From a virus (Duplodnaviria; Heunggongvirae; Uroviricota; Caudoviricetes), in the IMG/VR virus record IMGVR_UViG_2778261638_000008: a DNA stretch of 40,222 nt. One strand, written 5' to 3'. The position numbers were made by a program, and so were the translations under genes. The notes beneath the pieces were generated by a model that was not told where the DNA came from, searched no databases, and worked only from the letters and a program-made list of their open reading frames with translations. Every line of letters starts with the position of its first letter. Position 1 is the stretch's first letter. Below, in pieces: positions 18,776-28,755 of the stretch.

Positions 18776-20093
18776 TCTCGATGTCCTCGTCGGTAATGGA
18801 TGCCCCGATGCCGGTTACGTCAGAATTTTCTCGCAAATCAGTCATAGCGGCTTTCAGTGTCATCAGACCATCACCCAGCGCCGTACTGATTGCGTTGGTG
18901 GTGTTTAACGCCACCGTTGAGCGATCGACATCAGACATTTGCCAGAGCGGGTTAAACTCAAACGTGAAATCATCCGGGAGCGGCTTGCCAAGTTCCGAAC
19001 GATGCATGATGTCCAGTATCCGCCGCACCGGAAGACGTAAACGCCTCTCCTGCAACGAGCTTACCCGGTCGTAATAGTTGGCAAGGTCTGCATCGCCGGT
19101 AGAAAATCCCTTCGGGGACTGTCCGAACAACCGCACCAGTGGGATACCAACAGCGCCACTAATCTGTTCTGCAAACTGTGAAAGGATGTCATCCAGACCA
19201 CTGAAGCTGTACTGATGGGTTTCAAACTTATCCCGCGAGTCCATGAGAGTCATGCCTTCATTGCTCTGGAACTGTCGAATCAGGTCAATATTCTTCAGCA
19301 ACGCTTCATACGCAGGACCACCAAGTGCGATAAGCTCGCGTAGCTTCTCCACGCTGTAGGTGCGCAGATGCGCCTTGTAGACCAGTTGCGCCGCACCGAC
19401 AGTAGCGCTGTCGAACGCGGTAAGACGATCCCAGATACGCTCTACAACCGACATTCCCCATTCGTTCTCGGTCATCTTCTGCTGGAATGGCAGCGTGACG
19501 CCATCAAAGCGAATCAGGCGACTGTGATGAATGCGCCAGGCAGGAATTCCCGTTGCTGTGGTCACCACATCGTAAAACTCAGGTTTACCCAGGTCCGGCC
19601 CCATATCTTTAATGCGGCGGGTCAGTACCGGGTCAATCATCCAGCGGTCGAGCGGGAGAATCCCCTTAAACTTGCCCTTACCGATGGTTTCGGGTCGCAG
19701 CGGGGTCATTGGTGCCTGCCCCTCAATCATGATGAAACCCACCGCGCCACCGTAGAGACGCGACCATTTCAGCACGTCATTCAGCGCATCCCAGATTTGC
19801 AACTCATCCAGTTGTGATTCGAGAATGCCACGATCTTTTGCATCAATTTCCGAAGTGATGCGAATGCCTTTGCGGGTCATATCATCCGGGATAGCATCGA
19901 CTGCTTCGCCGATGATCCAGGATGAACGATAGGACCATTCCACCAGCATGCGGTTACGACTGGTGAAATTAGCCCGGTAGGTAGATGCTGAGTGCTGGTT
20001 AGGTGTCTGCATCCCTACGCGGGCAATAAAATTCTCATAACCATCAGCTGTGGCCTGCGCAGTTCGCCGCAGGGCTTGTTTGTTTCGTGCCAT
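18627..20093 (-). CDS. Portal protein
   Basis: 488 aa immediately after large terminase, with stop/start overlap. Confidence 0.7.
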   Translation of the reverse strand: MARNKQALRRTAQATADGYENFIARVGMQTPNQHSASTYRANFTSRNRMLVEWSYRSSWIIGEAVDAIPDDMTRKGIRITSEIDAKDRGILESQLDELQIWDALNDVLKWSRLYGGAVGFIMIEGQAPMTPLRPETIGKGKFKGILPLDRWMIDPVLTRRIKDMGPDLGKPEFYDVVTTATGIPAWRIHHSRLIRFDGVTLPFQQKMTENEWGMSVVERIWDRLTAFDSATVGAAQLVYKAHLRTYSVEKLRELIALGGPAYEALLKNIDLIRQFQSNEGMTLMDSRDKFETHQYSFSGLDDILSQFAEQISGAVGIPLVRLFGQSPKGFSTGDADLANYYDRVSSLQERRLRLPVRRILDIMHRSELGKPLPDDFTFEFNPLWQMSDVDRSTVALNTTNAISTALGDGLMTLKAAMTDLRENSDVTGIGASITDEDIENAEDEAPPGIGEPDDEPQEPSGGNPVSNQPTQDSEGGRGHRKWSLRWFK

Positions 20094-21715
20094 CAGGCCT
20101 GTCTCCCTAGCAGCTCCCAGATGTTCAGGGCTGAATTCATTGGGGCATAGTTGATCATCACCGAGTCGGCAAGGTTTGGCGACCGGGTCCCATCAGGCTG
20201 TTTATCAATAACGATTTTTCCCACACTATTAATGGAATAGGTCGGCTGCGAAAGCTCGATGATGAGTTTATCTTTGAGTGCCATGCTACTGCTGATTGAG
20301 ATGATCTCGTCCGGGTTGTAAGCCATACCTTCAACCACGGCGCGCCAGGTATTCTGAAAAAGTTTACGTAACCGCCACCAGCTCTGGGCTTTGGCGTTAG
20401 CGAAGAAGTCCTTGTTCAGACGTGCGGCTTGCCCGTTGTCCCCGCGAACAGCTTCATCATCCGGCTCAAATACCGCGCCACTACCTCGAAACGGTGTGGC
20501 AAGTATTGACGGTCGACGCGCAGCGTTACGCAGTTCGTTGATAGCGCGTGCATCGCCGCGAACGCCAGCACCCAGCCCGTCCTCGTCAAAGCGAAACTCT
20601 TCGAGGTTGTCCTGTTCGCAAAAGCCGAAAACCTTCTCGACGGACTGATAAATGTCGCTGCCCACACCGGACCATTCCCGCACATTTTCCAGGAGGAAGC
20701 CATGACGGGTGGAAAAGGCATTTTTGTCCCTGCCTTCGTCGGCGACATCCATCGCGCCAAGTCGTTTGCCTGTTGGCTGGATACCCAGTTTGATATGCGC
20801 ATCAACTGCAGCCTGTACCCATTCGGATGGAATCAGGACGCCTTCCGCTGATGCGCTGTAGTTCAGATCAAGTTCCTGTGCCACCACCACCGGATTATCG
20901 ATTTTCTCGCATTCCCTGCGATACCACTCTTCATCCTTGCGAGGATCATCCCGCCAGTGGAATGTGAATACCGGTATCTTCCCGCCATGACGCTTCTGAG
21001 CGAACGGGTTAGCCATGCCGTTAACTGAACTCATGTCGATACGGCAACGCGTCGTTTGTGACAACGCCGCATCAATCAGCAGAGGACGCTGAAGGAATGC
21101 AGCCTCATCAACCAGATAAAGCGTGGTACGGTCACCACGACCAATATTATCGCCAGCCTCGCCTTTGATAACGGCACCAGTTTCAGGAAACTCAACACGC
21201 ATATATGGCGCGTGCTTCTTCTCGCTCCACGAACCGCGAAACTCTACAGGTAGCGTTTCCACGAACTTGCGCGCCTTCCAGAACAATGCTTTCGGGTCAC
21301 CGGTGCTGTCGACGTATTCCTCTTTACGGGAGCCGAAACCGATAACCATTTCTTTGTTGAAGAGACAAAGCGAGCAGGCCAGTCCGATCGCGGTCCAACT
21401 GAGCCCCATTTCACGGGATTTTTCGGTAATACCATTCTCCCGATTGCTCCAGCGTTCCATAATCCAGTGGATCCACTCCTCCTGCTTAGGGAAGAGTAAA
21501 AACGGAATGGTCACCGGCAGGCCATAATCAATATTACGCGGGTCCGTTGTCATGCCCCAGTCGATGATGAACTGAGCCGGATTGGTTCGGTAAAACTGCT
21601 TCAATACGGGCAATATTTCAGGATTCTGGCGAATGCGCTGTAGGCGTTCCATCCGCCATTCAAAAACCATCTGGTAATCAGGATGTTTAAAATCGAAGGG
21701 GAATGGTAACGGCAT
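20093..21715 (-). CDS. Terminase large subunit
   Basis: 540 aa; Walker-B-like LYLVDEAAF and C-terminal nuclease-like region; follows small terminase gene. Confidence 0.8.
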   Translation of the reverse strand: MPLPFPFDFKHPDYQMVFEWRMERLQRIRQNPEILPVLKQFYRTNPAQFIIDWGMTTDPRNIDYGLPVTIPFLLFPKQEEWIHWIMERWSNRENGITEKSREMGLSWTAIGLACSLCLFNKEMVIGFGSRKEEYVDSTGDPKALFWKARKFVETLPVEFRGSWSEKKHAPYMRVEFPETGAVIKGEAGDNIGRGDRTTLYLVDEAAFLQRPLLIDAALSQTTRCRIDMSSVNGMANPFAQKRHGGKIPVFTFHWRDDPRKDEEWYRRECEKIDNPVVVAQELDLNYSASAEGVLIPSEWVQAAVDAHIKLGIQPTGKRLGAMDVADEGRDKNAFSTRHGFLLENVREWSGVGSDIYQSVEKVFGFCEQDNLEEFRFDEDGLGAGVRGDARAINELRNAARRPSILATPFRGSGAVFEPDDEAVRGDNGQAARLNKDFFANAKAQSWWRLRKLFQNTWRAVVEGMAYNPDEIISISSSMALKDKLIIELSQPTYSINSVGKIVIDKQPDGTRSPNLADSVMINYAPMNSALNIWELLGRQA

Positions 21716-21717
21716 AC

Positions 21718-22290
21718 TTAGCCCATCATTTTTCTATACGCCTCTGCAGCCTGCTCCGGCGTTAAGTTGGTAATTTCTGTTCTGACGGGTCCTCCATCAG
21801 CGCCAGTCACTTCATTTTTGACGTTGTCTTTAAACGCCTGAACAGAAACATGACGCCCAAGCAACTCAAGGTTTTTAACCTTATCAGGCCACTTAATCTT
21901 TTTAAGGATCCCGACCATTTCTCTGTCATCTCCTCGCCCCTCAAACATTTCAGCGAGGTTAAATCCACTCAGGTACCGACGCCACGATTCCGACCACGCA
22001 GACAGAGGCTTAATACTTAAATCGTCCTCCAGGATGTCAGCCACATCGAGCCTGTCGATCTCAACCAGTCGCATCAGCACATAATTCGCATCAATGCCCA
22101 GTTGATCAATACGCTCCTGCTTTAGCTCATTAATACGGGCGCGTATCTCAGGTTTACCGTATAGTTCAGCCCCCGTAACATGTGCTCGCCTGGAGACGTA
22201 GCCTGCGCGAATAGCTGCTTGTGTAGCATTCAGATCGACAAGAAACTCGCGACAAAACACCTCGTGTTTTGCTTTCAGCTTCTTAGTCAT
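21718..22290 (-). CDS. Terminase small subunit
   Basis: 190 aa; N-terminal HTH-like segment ([11 protein letters not shown]) typical of small terminase; precedes TerL. Confidence 0.7.
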   Translation of the reverse strand: MTKKLKAKHEVFCREFLVDLNATQAAIRAGYVSRRAHVTGAELYGKPEIRARINELKQERIDQLGIDANYVLMRLVEIDRLDVADILEDDLSIKPLSAWSESWRRYLSGFNLAEMFEGRGDDREMVGILKKIKWPDKVKNLELLGRHVSVQAFKDNVKNEVTGADGGPVRTEITNLTPEQAAEAYRKMMG

Positions 22291-22351
22291 TTTATTTTCC
22301 TGTTATCAGGTCATTATCGAAGCCCCTCCTAGAAGAGCTTCTGTAATGCTA

Positions 22352-22876
22352 TTACCGGGACTGTTCTATTTGTCGGACACCAGCCAACTGGTTATTCGCC
22401 TTCTCGATGGCTGCCAACAGTGGGTTAATCCACAGAACAGCCTGGCAATATGTCAACGTTCTGGTGGTAGTGGCACGATCACCGGCTGAGTCAATGTCCC
22501 CGGAATCGGCGTGCAATGCGCTGGCGCGTAAACGGTTCGCGTAGTTGAGCAACCCGACAGCAATATCAACAGGAACAGGAAAATCACAGTTCTTTTCACG
22601 GAGCAGAACCTCACGGTATTTGATGACTGTCTTCTCGTGACCGATGTCGACCAGAGAATTTAATCGGCTTGCGTTTTCTGCTATCTGGTTAAAACGATTG
22701 AAGTTTAATGCCTGATTAGCTATCACTTCCCCTTGATATTCAGCTTCACCTTCCGCTTTATCAGCCCGCAACTTTTCTGCCTGATACTTGCTGTGGTAAT
22801 GGTTTGCAGACCAGACGAGCGCCCCAAAGGCAGAGAAGAAAAATGCCGCGATGACAATCTTATAAGTCAGCTTCAT
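22352..22876 (-). CDS. Putative i-spanin (Rz-like)
   Basis: 174 aa, N-terminal transmembrane helix then helical periplasmic domain; start overlaps endolysin stop. Confidence 0.5.
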   Translation of the reverse strand: MKLTYKIVIAAFFFSAFGALVWSANHYHSKYQAEKLRADKAEGEAEYQGEVIANQALNFNRFNQIAENASRLNSLVDIGHEKTVIKYREVLLREKNCDFPVPVDIAVGLLNYANRLRASALHADSGDIDSAGDRATTTRTLTYCQAVLWINPLLAAIEKANNQLAGVRQIEQSR

Positions 22877-23336
22877 TTACCACCCCACCAGCATCTTTAA
22901 ACCTGGAAATCAGGTCACCGATTTTATGTTCATACTGACCGTAACCTGCACCAGGTAACGACGCCCAGATATTGCTGCAACGGTCGATTGCCTGACGAAT
23001 ATCGCCACGGTCAATCATCGGTAAAGCGCCACGCTCTTTAATCTGCTGCAGCGCCACAGCGTCCTGACTTTCTGGCGAAAAATCTTTCAGGCCAAGCTGC
23101 TTGCGGTAGGCATCCCACCAACGGGAAAGAAGCTGGTAACGTCCGGCGGCTGTTGATTTGAGTTTAGAGTTTAGCGTGACAAGTTTGCGAGGGTGATCGG
23201 AGTAATCAGTGAACAACTCACCTCCGACGATAACGTCATAACCGTGATTACGTGTCGGTTGTCGCCCGTTATCCGTTCCTTCTGACCATGCCACCATATC
23301 CAGGAAAGCTTTACGTTGGGAATTTAGTGTCTGCAT
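22860..23336 (-). CDS. R: Endolysin, lambda R-like lytic transglycosylase
   Basis: 158 aa; near-identical over long stretches to remembered lambda R (NSQRKAFLDMVAWSEGTDNGRQPTRNHGYDVIVGGELFTDYSDHPRKLV...). Confidence 0.9.
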   Translation of the reverse strand: MQTLNSQRKAFLDMVAWSEGTDNGRQPTRNHGYDVIVGGELFTDYSDHPRKLVTLNSKLKSTAAGRYQLLSRWWDAYRKQLGLKDFSPESQDAVALQQIKERGALPMIDRGDIRQAIDRCSNIWASLPGAGYGQYEHKIGDLISRFKDAGGVVNEADL

Positions 23337-23339
23337 GAA

Positions 23340-23699
23340 TTACTCCTTAGAGCCACCAAACTTGTTACCGATTACTCGCATTGCAGCCCCACGAATAGCA
23401 TCGACACCGATCAGCCCAACACCACCACCAATGGCAACAGAAAGCGATTTAGGCCATCCAACATACTCAAGAGCGGATGCAAAGGTCAGCGTCAGAGCAC
23501 CACAGAGCAAAATCTCAAGCGTTTTTCGTTTCCAGCCGCCGCCACCGCCAAAATAGGCAATGCGCAAGCCAGACATAACAATTGACATAACCACTGCGCC
23601 CAACGGCGTATCTCCACGCCACCAACTTTGTAAGAGTTCCAGTAAGTCAGGCCCGGAATGAGGAGCATTGTGCATTTTCATACTTCCCACCTCCGCCAT
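23340..23699 (-). CDS. Putative holin
   Basis: 119 aa with multiple hydrophobic helices and charged C terminus, immediately upstream of endolysin. Confidence 0.6.
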   Translation of the reverse strand: MAEVGSMKMHNAPHSGPDLLELLQSWWRGDTPLGAVVMSIVMSGLRIAYFGGGGGWKRKTLEILLCGALTLTFASALEYVGWPKSLSVAIGGGVGLIGVDAIRGAAMRVIGNKFGGSKE

Positions 23700-23782
23700 T
23701 ACGGGGTGTTGTTGAAAGGCGGGCCCTGCGTATACGCCCGTAGGATTGGGTTATGAGCCGTCCTTCGGTGGGCCCTGAATAC

Positions 23783-23805
23783 AAAAAAAGTTCGCCATAG
23801 CGAAC
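23783..23805 (-). terminator. Rho-independent terminator (candidate tR-prime-like late terminator)
   Basis: Minus strand: GUUCGC-UAUG-GCGAAC hairpin followed by U7, about 80 nt upstream of holin start. Confidence 0.7.
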
Positions 23806-24035
23806 CTTGTTAAATTTGTTAAAAAAGGAGGTTATTTAACATAATGTATGTTATAGGAACCACACGATCACCGCTCGCAATAGATTTGCGATGAAAGGCC
23901 TATTTAATCAACTTAAGTGGTCCAGAATGACGAAATTCGAGTGAATAAAAGGTGCATAAAAAAGGGCAAAAACTGCATAGCGTTTTTTCGCGACGAAAAC
24001 CCTGTTTTATTAACTTTTACTGAGAATAGAGCATT

Positions 24036-24059
24036 AAAAAAGGCCCCCTTGCGGGAGCC
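24036..24059 (-). terminator. Rho-independent terminator downstream of the Q operon
   Basis: Minus strand: 7-bp stem (GGCUCCC/GGGGGCC with one G-U) closing a GCAA tetraloop, followed by U6. Confidence 0.7.
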
Positions 24060-24126
24060 TCTTCGTGATGAACTGTTTTCAACAGATATCAGGCTAATCG
24101 GCTTTTTGGAATTCCACAACTATTTT

Positions 24127-24441
24127 TTATCTTACCTTGATGCCTGATGCCGTCAGATGTTTACGACAGTCCTGAATACCTTCGTTATAACCCGCATCGT
24201 AGAAGCTATCCGGCTTTGCCTTCAGCGCAGGAAGCGTAACGCTGGTAGCTCTTCGTTCGGCCAGAACACCTGCCTGAAAGAGTGTCCACATCAACTGAAC
24301 TGCTGAATCACAGTAAGTAACATCTTCACTGTACAATTCTCGTTCAATCCTGATGCCAAGTTGAGCCTTCATTGAAGGCGCCAATATTACCTTTGACCTG
24401 CAACGACAGGTCTGGGTACCTCTGTTCCATGAAGCTTTCAA
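24127..24441 (-). CDS. Hypothetical protein downstream of Q
   Basis: Track ORF 104 aa; an internal start (MKAQLGIRIE..., about 81 aa) is more plausible. Confidence 0.4.
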   Translation of the reverse strand: MKASWNRGTQTCRCRSKVILAPSMKAQLGIRIERELYSEDVTYCDSAVQLMWTLFQAGVLAERRATSVTLPALKAKPDSFYDAGYNEGIQDCRKHLTASGIKVR

Positions 24442-24500
24442 ATCTGTTGCGAACGCTGATCAGAGCCATCTGGTTCCCTTACGTGATTGATTGCTGGATA

Positions 24501-24923
24501 TTATGCCGCCGAGCAGCTCCTACGCAAAGTCCTGATAGCCTGAGGCTTTGACTGAACCGACTGATCCATTTCGAGCACCACATCCAGCATGGCTAAGCAA
24601 CCGTCAATAAATCCCTCTGCCGCCTGAAGCCTCTTCAGAACGTGGGTGTGAGATACGCCGAGCTTCTCACCCATCGCCCGCACGGGCATGGCCTGGACGT
24701 AATGCCACTCAAGGAGCGTGCACAGATACGGATCTTTTTTCTTCAGGCAGCTCATAGCGGAGTTGATGATAAGACCGTCATTGTCACTGCATTTCAGCCT
24801 TCCAGACTGCGTTGCGGGTAGCAGATTCTTAAACCCGGCTGCAACAGGAGGAAAGTAGACGCTACCACCTTCACTCGCTGCCCAGCCCCCCCAGCGCTCT
24901 AAAACCTGTTGAATATTACGCAT
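24501..24923 (-). CDS. Q: Late gene antiterminator Q (phage 82/21 Q family)
   Basis: 140 aa; N-terminal VLERWGGWAA and central Cys-containing region match remembered Q/QuuD-family proteins; positioned upstream of lysis cassette. Confidence 0.75.
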   Translation of the reverse strand: MRNIQQVLERWGGWAASEGGSVYFPPVAAGFKNLLPATQSGRLKCSDNDGLIINSAMSCLKKKDPYLCTLLEWHYVQAMPVRAMGEKLGVSHTHVLKRLQAAEGFIDGCLAMLDVVLEMDQSVQSKPQAIRTLRRSCSAA

Positions 24924-25051
24924 AGCTCTGACCTCTACGTTTTGCTACGAAAAAATTTTCTGAGAACTACGTCTGTTTATCCGTGGGTGTGGATAACGCA
25001 GTTCCGATTCACATATTGCATGTATCAACATGCAAAAAGTTGCTAATGCGG

Positions 25052-25243
25052 AGTGGAACCACCTGCCCCCACCTGGAACCACCTTTTCCTAACCTTTCCC
25101 TCAATCGACTTATATATATATATGGGGTTTCTAGTAGAAAGGCGGTTCCAGTGGTTCCAGTGGTTCCGCCCCGCTTGCCACAAGGTCTGCAAGGTGGAAC
25201 CACCTTCTCTTTTAGGTGGTTCCGCGTGGTTCCAGCGGTTCCC
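25052..25243. repeat. Iteron-type replication origin: at least 9 copies of GGTTCCA/TGGAACC in both orientations flanking an (AT)n tract
   Basis: Repeats at about 25052-25063, 25073-25084, 25141-25169 (three tandem GTGGTTCCA), 25194-25205 and 25214-25243, with alternating TATATATATAT at about 25111-25123; immediately downstream of primase-helicase gene. Confidence 0.75.
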
Positions 25244-27398
25244 AAACCTTGCATTTTTTCCCCCCAATTCGCCTTTGGACACGCTTATACCCGCAATTTT
25301 GCAAAACATTACTAATTCGCATTTCTTCGCGTTTTCCGATGCGGTCAGGATTTAGCCCAATCGCATCACGCAAAACATCACTTGCGCGTAAAAATTTGCA
25401 ATTTCGCGGAAGTTCATTAGTCATCAGGTCTGGCGTGTCGAGCCATTTCTCTACCGTTTCAAGCCAAGCATCCTTGATGGTGTACTGTTCATGGACACTC
25501 GCTGCCAGTTGTTCAGCCTCACGGAACTGGATACCCCCCAGACGCTGAAACACCTCACGAGCCTCAGCCCAAAGTAAAAGGAGATCTCTTTTTATCGCTT
25601 TCACGTCGACTTTCGACACTTCCACGGGGAGCCAGCGACGGTTACCAGTCTTGTCCGCAAGGAATTCGTCCTCATTGGTGGTACCAACGAACACCAGGCG
25701 ACGAGGAAACTGGGTGGCGAACTCCCGGTATTTCGGGATCCAGTTTTCGTGAGTACGCGTCACAAACGCTTTGATTGACTCCAGCTCTTTGGTATTAAGT
25801 CCGCGCAGTTCACCAATCTCTGCCACCAGCCGACCACGCATTTTTCGAGCGAGATCATCGTCTTTTTCGGCAAAAGAGATTTCAGTAAAAAACGCAGGAT
25901 CAGGGCTCAGAGCCTCCACTCCGGAAGACTTACCGCAGCCCTGCGGACCAACGAGGATAGGCACCATATCCGCTTTGATGCCTGGCTCCAGTACTCGCCC
26001 CGCCAACGCGGTCCACATGTACATAGACACCGCACGGGTATAAGGCGTGTCGGCTGTACCGAAGTGCGTATGGTAGAAACATTCGATGCGCGGCACGCCA
26101 TCCCACTCCAGTCCGTTCAGCCAGGTGATCGCTGAATCGAATGGTTGTTCATCGGCTGCAAGTAACACCACATCGCGAATAAGTTCACGACCAACAGGTT
26201 TAAATCCCCGCTTTTCCATCGTGATGCGCAGGCGCGCATAATCCGCATCGGTGAATGCCTGCCATTGTCCGGATCCTGCAGGGGCAAACATGATTTCGTC
26301 GCGGAACTGGTCAAAGCGAATATCGATGTCCACAAAATCAGGGCGTACTACTGCTTTGGCTGCGTTGCTGATGGTTGCCTCGATACGCCCCCATTTATCA
26401 CGCTCGAAAGCAGGCAGCGGTAAAGGTTCCGCCACTTCGGTGCTGGTCAGATCTTCGAAATCGTCGTTGCGGATCCCGATGGCATTAAGGAAATCTCCGT
26501 CATCACGATGCGCACAACTGGCATGCAGGCATTTAAAATGCCCCTGCTCAAAGCCCGCGGTTCCCGCAGGAAAATAAACTGTGCTTGTTGGATCGCCCCC
26601 GCTACTGTGGCCGTCTTCAAACGGACAGCGGATATATCGTTCACCATTTGCGCCATCCAGCAGCGTCCAGCCATTGGCATCAAGATATTCAGCTGTATCA
26701 TCCGTCGCGCCGGGCGTGAATGCTGAACGGTCGCGCATCTTCGTGTTGCCCGCTTCGGTGGTTACCGACACAGGGAGTTGTTCAGCCAGGCGCTGCCACA
26801 GCGTTTCAAGCTGCTCACCTGTAATAGCCGGAGGTTCATCCGGCAAACCACCGTCCCATTCAATACGCGCGCCGCTGCTGTGCGTACCACAGGCAACGAA
26901 CTGCTGCCCGTTCGCCAGCAACTCGATAATGCCCATATCCCCCGCCAGGCGATGGATACGCTTACGGAAATCACCATCAACGGCCAGCAGATACAGACAC
27001 TTATTACTGTTTGCTCGCCAGCGTCGCGGCGGCAACTCACCCAGAAGTTGCACAAGCGTTTTGCGAATATCTGCCTGAATGTCTTCATCTTCGCTATCAC
27101 AGTCCAGCGCCAGCCAGCCATGGCCTGTACGCACGCAGATGCCATAATCCGGTTCATTCGACCAGCAGGCAAAATCATGCTCAGTAACAACATGCCCGGT
27201 CCATTGAGCAATACCGGTGACCTGGCGGTCCCGGTTATAGCGACTCGGCGTCTTACCCAACGCTTTCAGTTTACTATCAGGGGATATGGTCGCACTGGGG
27301 TTACATACAACTGGGAGAAGATGAGCAGTCCGCCCCAATACCAGGTCGAAATGAAACCACTCATCAGGCGTAGCTCCCCATGGTTTGCTATCGGACAT
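25212..27398 (-). CDS. Replication protein: N-terminal PrimPol-like primase fused to D5/P4-type helicase
   Basis: 728 aa; Walker A VGPQGCGKSS; N-terminal acidic catalytic-like motif LALDCDSEDED and IELLANGQQFVACGTHSSG resemble PrimPol domain. Confidence 0.8.
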   Translation of the reverse strand: MSDSKPWGATPDEWFHFDLVLGRTAHLLPVVCNPSATISPDSKLKALGKTPSRYNRDRQVTGIAQWTGHVVTEHDFACWSNEPDYGICVRTGHGWLALDCDSEDEDIQADIRKTLVQLLGELPPRRWRANSNKCLYLLAVDGDFRKRIHRLAGDMGIIELLANGQQFVACGTHSSGARIEWDGGLPDEPPAITGEQLETLWQRLAEQLPVSVTTEAGNTKMRDRSAFTPGATDDTAEYLDANGWTLLDGANGERYIRCPFEDGHSSGGDPTSTVYFPAGTAGFEQGHFKCLHASCAHRDDGDFLNAIGIRNDDFEDLTSTEVAEPLPLPAFERDKWGRIEATISNAAKAVVRPDFVDIDIRFDQFRDEIMFAPAGSGQWQAFTDADYARLRITMEKRGFKPVGRELIRDVVLLAADEQPFDSAITWLNGLEWDGVPRIECFYHTHFGTADTPYTRAVSMYMWTALAGRVLEPGIKADMVPILVGPQGCGKSSGVEALSPDPAFFTEISFAEKDDDLARKMRGRLVAEIGELRGLNTKELESIKAFVTRTHENWIPKYREFATQFPRRLVFVGTTNEDEFLADKTGNRRWLPVEVSKVDVKAIKRDLLLLWAEAREVFQRLGGIQFREAEQLAASVHEQYTIKDAWLETVEKWLDTPDLMTNELPRNCKFLRASDVLRDAIGLNPDRIGKREEMRISNVLQNCGYKRVQRRIGGKKCKVWEPLEPRGTT

Positions 27399-27401
27399 GG
27401 G

Positions 27402-27602
27402 TTAAGCCTTTTGTCTAGCTGTCACTTTCTGAAAAAGTTTTTCTATCGCACGTACTGTAGAAAAGCGAGGGTCAGAATGAACCCCGGTAAGAAGCCGACT
27501 AATAGAAGACTGCTTCACGCCTGCAATTTCGGCAATTTGGTTTTGGGTATACCCTGAATCAATCAAGCTTTTGACCATCTCTTGTGGTGTTAGTCCGGAC
27601 AT
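27402..27602 (-). CDS. cro: Cro-like HTH regulator
   Basis: 66 aa; HTH segment YTQNQIAEIAGVKQSSISRLL; divergent from CI across a 141-bp operator region. Confidence 0.65.
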   Translation of the reverse strand: MSGLTPQEMVKSLIDSGYTQNQIAEIAGVKQSSISRLLTGVHSDPRFSTVRAIEKLFQKVTARQKA

Positions 27603-27743
27603 ATTTAAGTCTCCACTTTCGTCTATAGCGCAAATTTATACGAAAACGGATTGCTAAGCAATACAGCAATTCTATGTCATCCTAGATTAAAATATCCGAT
27701 AACGCATAATCACCGTCCCTGTATACAACATGGATGAATCCAA
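27603..27743. promoter_or_regulatory. Immunity switch region (divergent promoters and operators between cro and cI)
   Basis: 141-bp AT-rich intergenic region between divergent HTH regulators; contains palindrome ATTGCT-A-AGCAAT (about 27650-27662) and a CGCATAAT motif repeated near the pL-like promoter. Confidence 0.6.
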
Positions 27744-28418
27744 ATGATTGATACTACCGATATCCTTTCTCAAAACATCAAGTACCTGATGGACAAAGCC
27801 AAGATAAGCTCGATAACTGAGCTGGCACGTCGGTTACAGCTGAACCAACCAACGCTACACAGGCTGGTATCAGGAGAGGTGAAAGATCCGAAATACGCAA
27901 CGTTAAAGCAGATCGCCGACTACTTCCACGTGTCACCAATAGACTTGGCAGAAAGGAGCCTTCAAGAAATGGAGAAAGAGGACGCGACAGGTATAAAAAC
28001 GTATATTTCTCTTAGGTTTAATAAAGTACCTGTTTTGGGAAACACTCAGCTAGGCGTTGGAGGACTTTGGAGCGACACCCAATATTCAGTAGGTAGCAGT
28101 GATGGTTTCATATACTGGCCGACAAAGGATGAAGATGCATACGCCCTGAAATGTGTTGGTGATTCAATGATGCCTAGAATCAAAGAGGGGGAGTTCGTAA
28201 TCGTCGAACCCAACCACGACTACACTCCTGGTGATGAAGTACTTGTGGTTACCCGGGACGGTGAGGTCATGGTTAAAACCTTCTTGTTCGAACGCGATGG
28301 CCTGTTCCATCTAATGTCTGTAAATGAAGATCATCCACCAGTCAGAGTACCACGCGAAAACATTGAAAAAATCCATTACGTGGCGGGGATCGCCAAATCC
28401 GCGCTACGTATGTACTAA
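27744..28418 (+). CDS. cI: CI-like repressor (N-terminal HTH, C-terminal S24 LexA-like autopeptidase)
   Basis: 224 aa; HTH near N terminus; C-terminal GDSMMPRIKEGEFVIVEP ... VVTRDGEVMVKTF contains the Ser/Lys dyad context of S24 peptidases. Confidence 0.85.
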   Translation: MIDTTDILSQNIKYLMDKAKISSITELARRLQLNQPTLHRLVSGEVKDPKYATLKQIADYFHVSPIDLAERSLQEMEKEDATGIKTYISLRFNKVPVLGNTQLGVGGLWSDTQYSVGSSDGFIYWPTKDEDAYALKCVGDSMMPRIKEGEFVIVEPNHDYTPGDEVLVVTRDGEVMVKTFLFERDGLFHLMSVNEDHPPVRVPRENIEKIHYVAGIAKSALRMY

Positions 28419-28451
28419 CCTTTACAGTCTGATAACTTACTTCTGATCAAA

Positions 28452-28481
28452 CCGCTCTCCACAAGGGCGGTTTTCTTATTT
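28452..28481 (+). terminator. Rho-independent terminator after cI
   Basis: CCGCUC-UCCACAA-GGGCGG hairpin (one G-U pair) followed by UUUUCUUAUUU, 34 nt after cI stop. Confidence 0.7.
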
Positions 28482-28502
28482 GCAAAATAATTCATTTTCG
28501 AA

Positions 28503-28531
28503 TTGACAAAAAATCCTATAACGCATATAAA
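28503..28531 (+). promoter_or_regulatory. Strong sigma70-type promoter (TTGACA-17 bp-TATAAA), pL-like early-left promoter
   Basis: Consensus -35 TTGACA, 17-bp spacer, -10 TATAAA; followed by palindrome CGCAT-AATTA-ATGCG (28541-28555) as likely operator. Confidence 0.65.
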
Positions 28532-28567
28532 TACGATATCGCATAATTAATGCGTTTTTTAATACTA

Positions 28568-28580
28568 GCTCTTTAACAAA
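28568..28580 (+). promoter_or_regulatory. boxA-like antitermination element (GCTCTTTAACAA)
   Basis: 12-nt exact match to remembered rrn boxA core (TGCTCTTTAACAA) about 30 nt downstream of predicted start site of the pL-like promoter. Confidence 0.55.
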
Positions 28581-28724
28581 CTGAACCGCGTGACAGGTAA
28601 GCCGCAGTACTCCTGGCAAAACGAAATAGCACCCGATGGGATCGAGGTAAGCGCCGAGTCCGTATGCGTACGGTAAGCGTAGAGGACAACACCGCGACAA
28701 ACTGATAAGTCACGCAAGTTGAAA

Positions 28725-28755
28725 CGCCCCGACGATGGGGCGCTTAGTTCCTTTT
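28725..28755 (+). terminator. Hairpin plus U-rich tract in early-left leader (tL-like)
   Basis: CGCCCC-GACGAU-GGGGCG perfect hairpin followed by CUUAGUUCCUUUU. Confidence 0.45.

Noticed and set aside
23913-24119. 68-aa minus-strand ORF between the two late terminators
   Set aside because: Spans a terminator hairpin and has no SD; region more likely a late promoter/leader.
25052-25243. Possible CRISPR array
   Set aside because: Repeats are short (7-9 bp), in mixed orientation, irregularly spaced, and lack unique spacers of uniform length; consistent with iterons, not CRISPR.
24983-25355. Several overlapping 80-110 aa ORFs on both strands
   Set aside because: They are read through the iteron/AT-tract origin; repetitive translations (GTTGTT, WFQWF) are artefacts of the repeats.
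26778-27557. 259-aa plus-strand ORF
   Set aside because: Lies entirely antisense within the PrimPol-helicase gene, which has clear Walker A and PrimPol motifs; low-complexity translation; judged spurious.
28476-28700. 74-aa minus-strand ORF
   Set aside because: Overlaps the consensus pL-like promoter, boxA element and structured leader; Cys/Tyr/Arg-rich translation with no SD.
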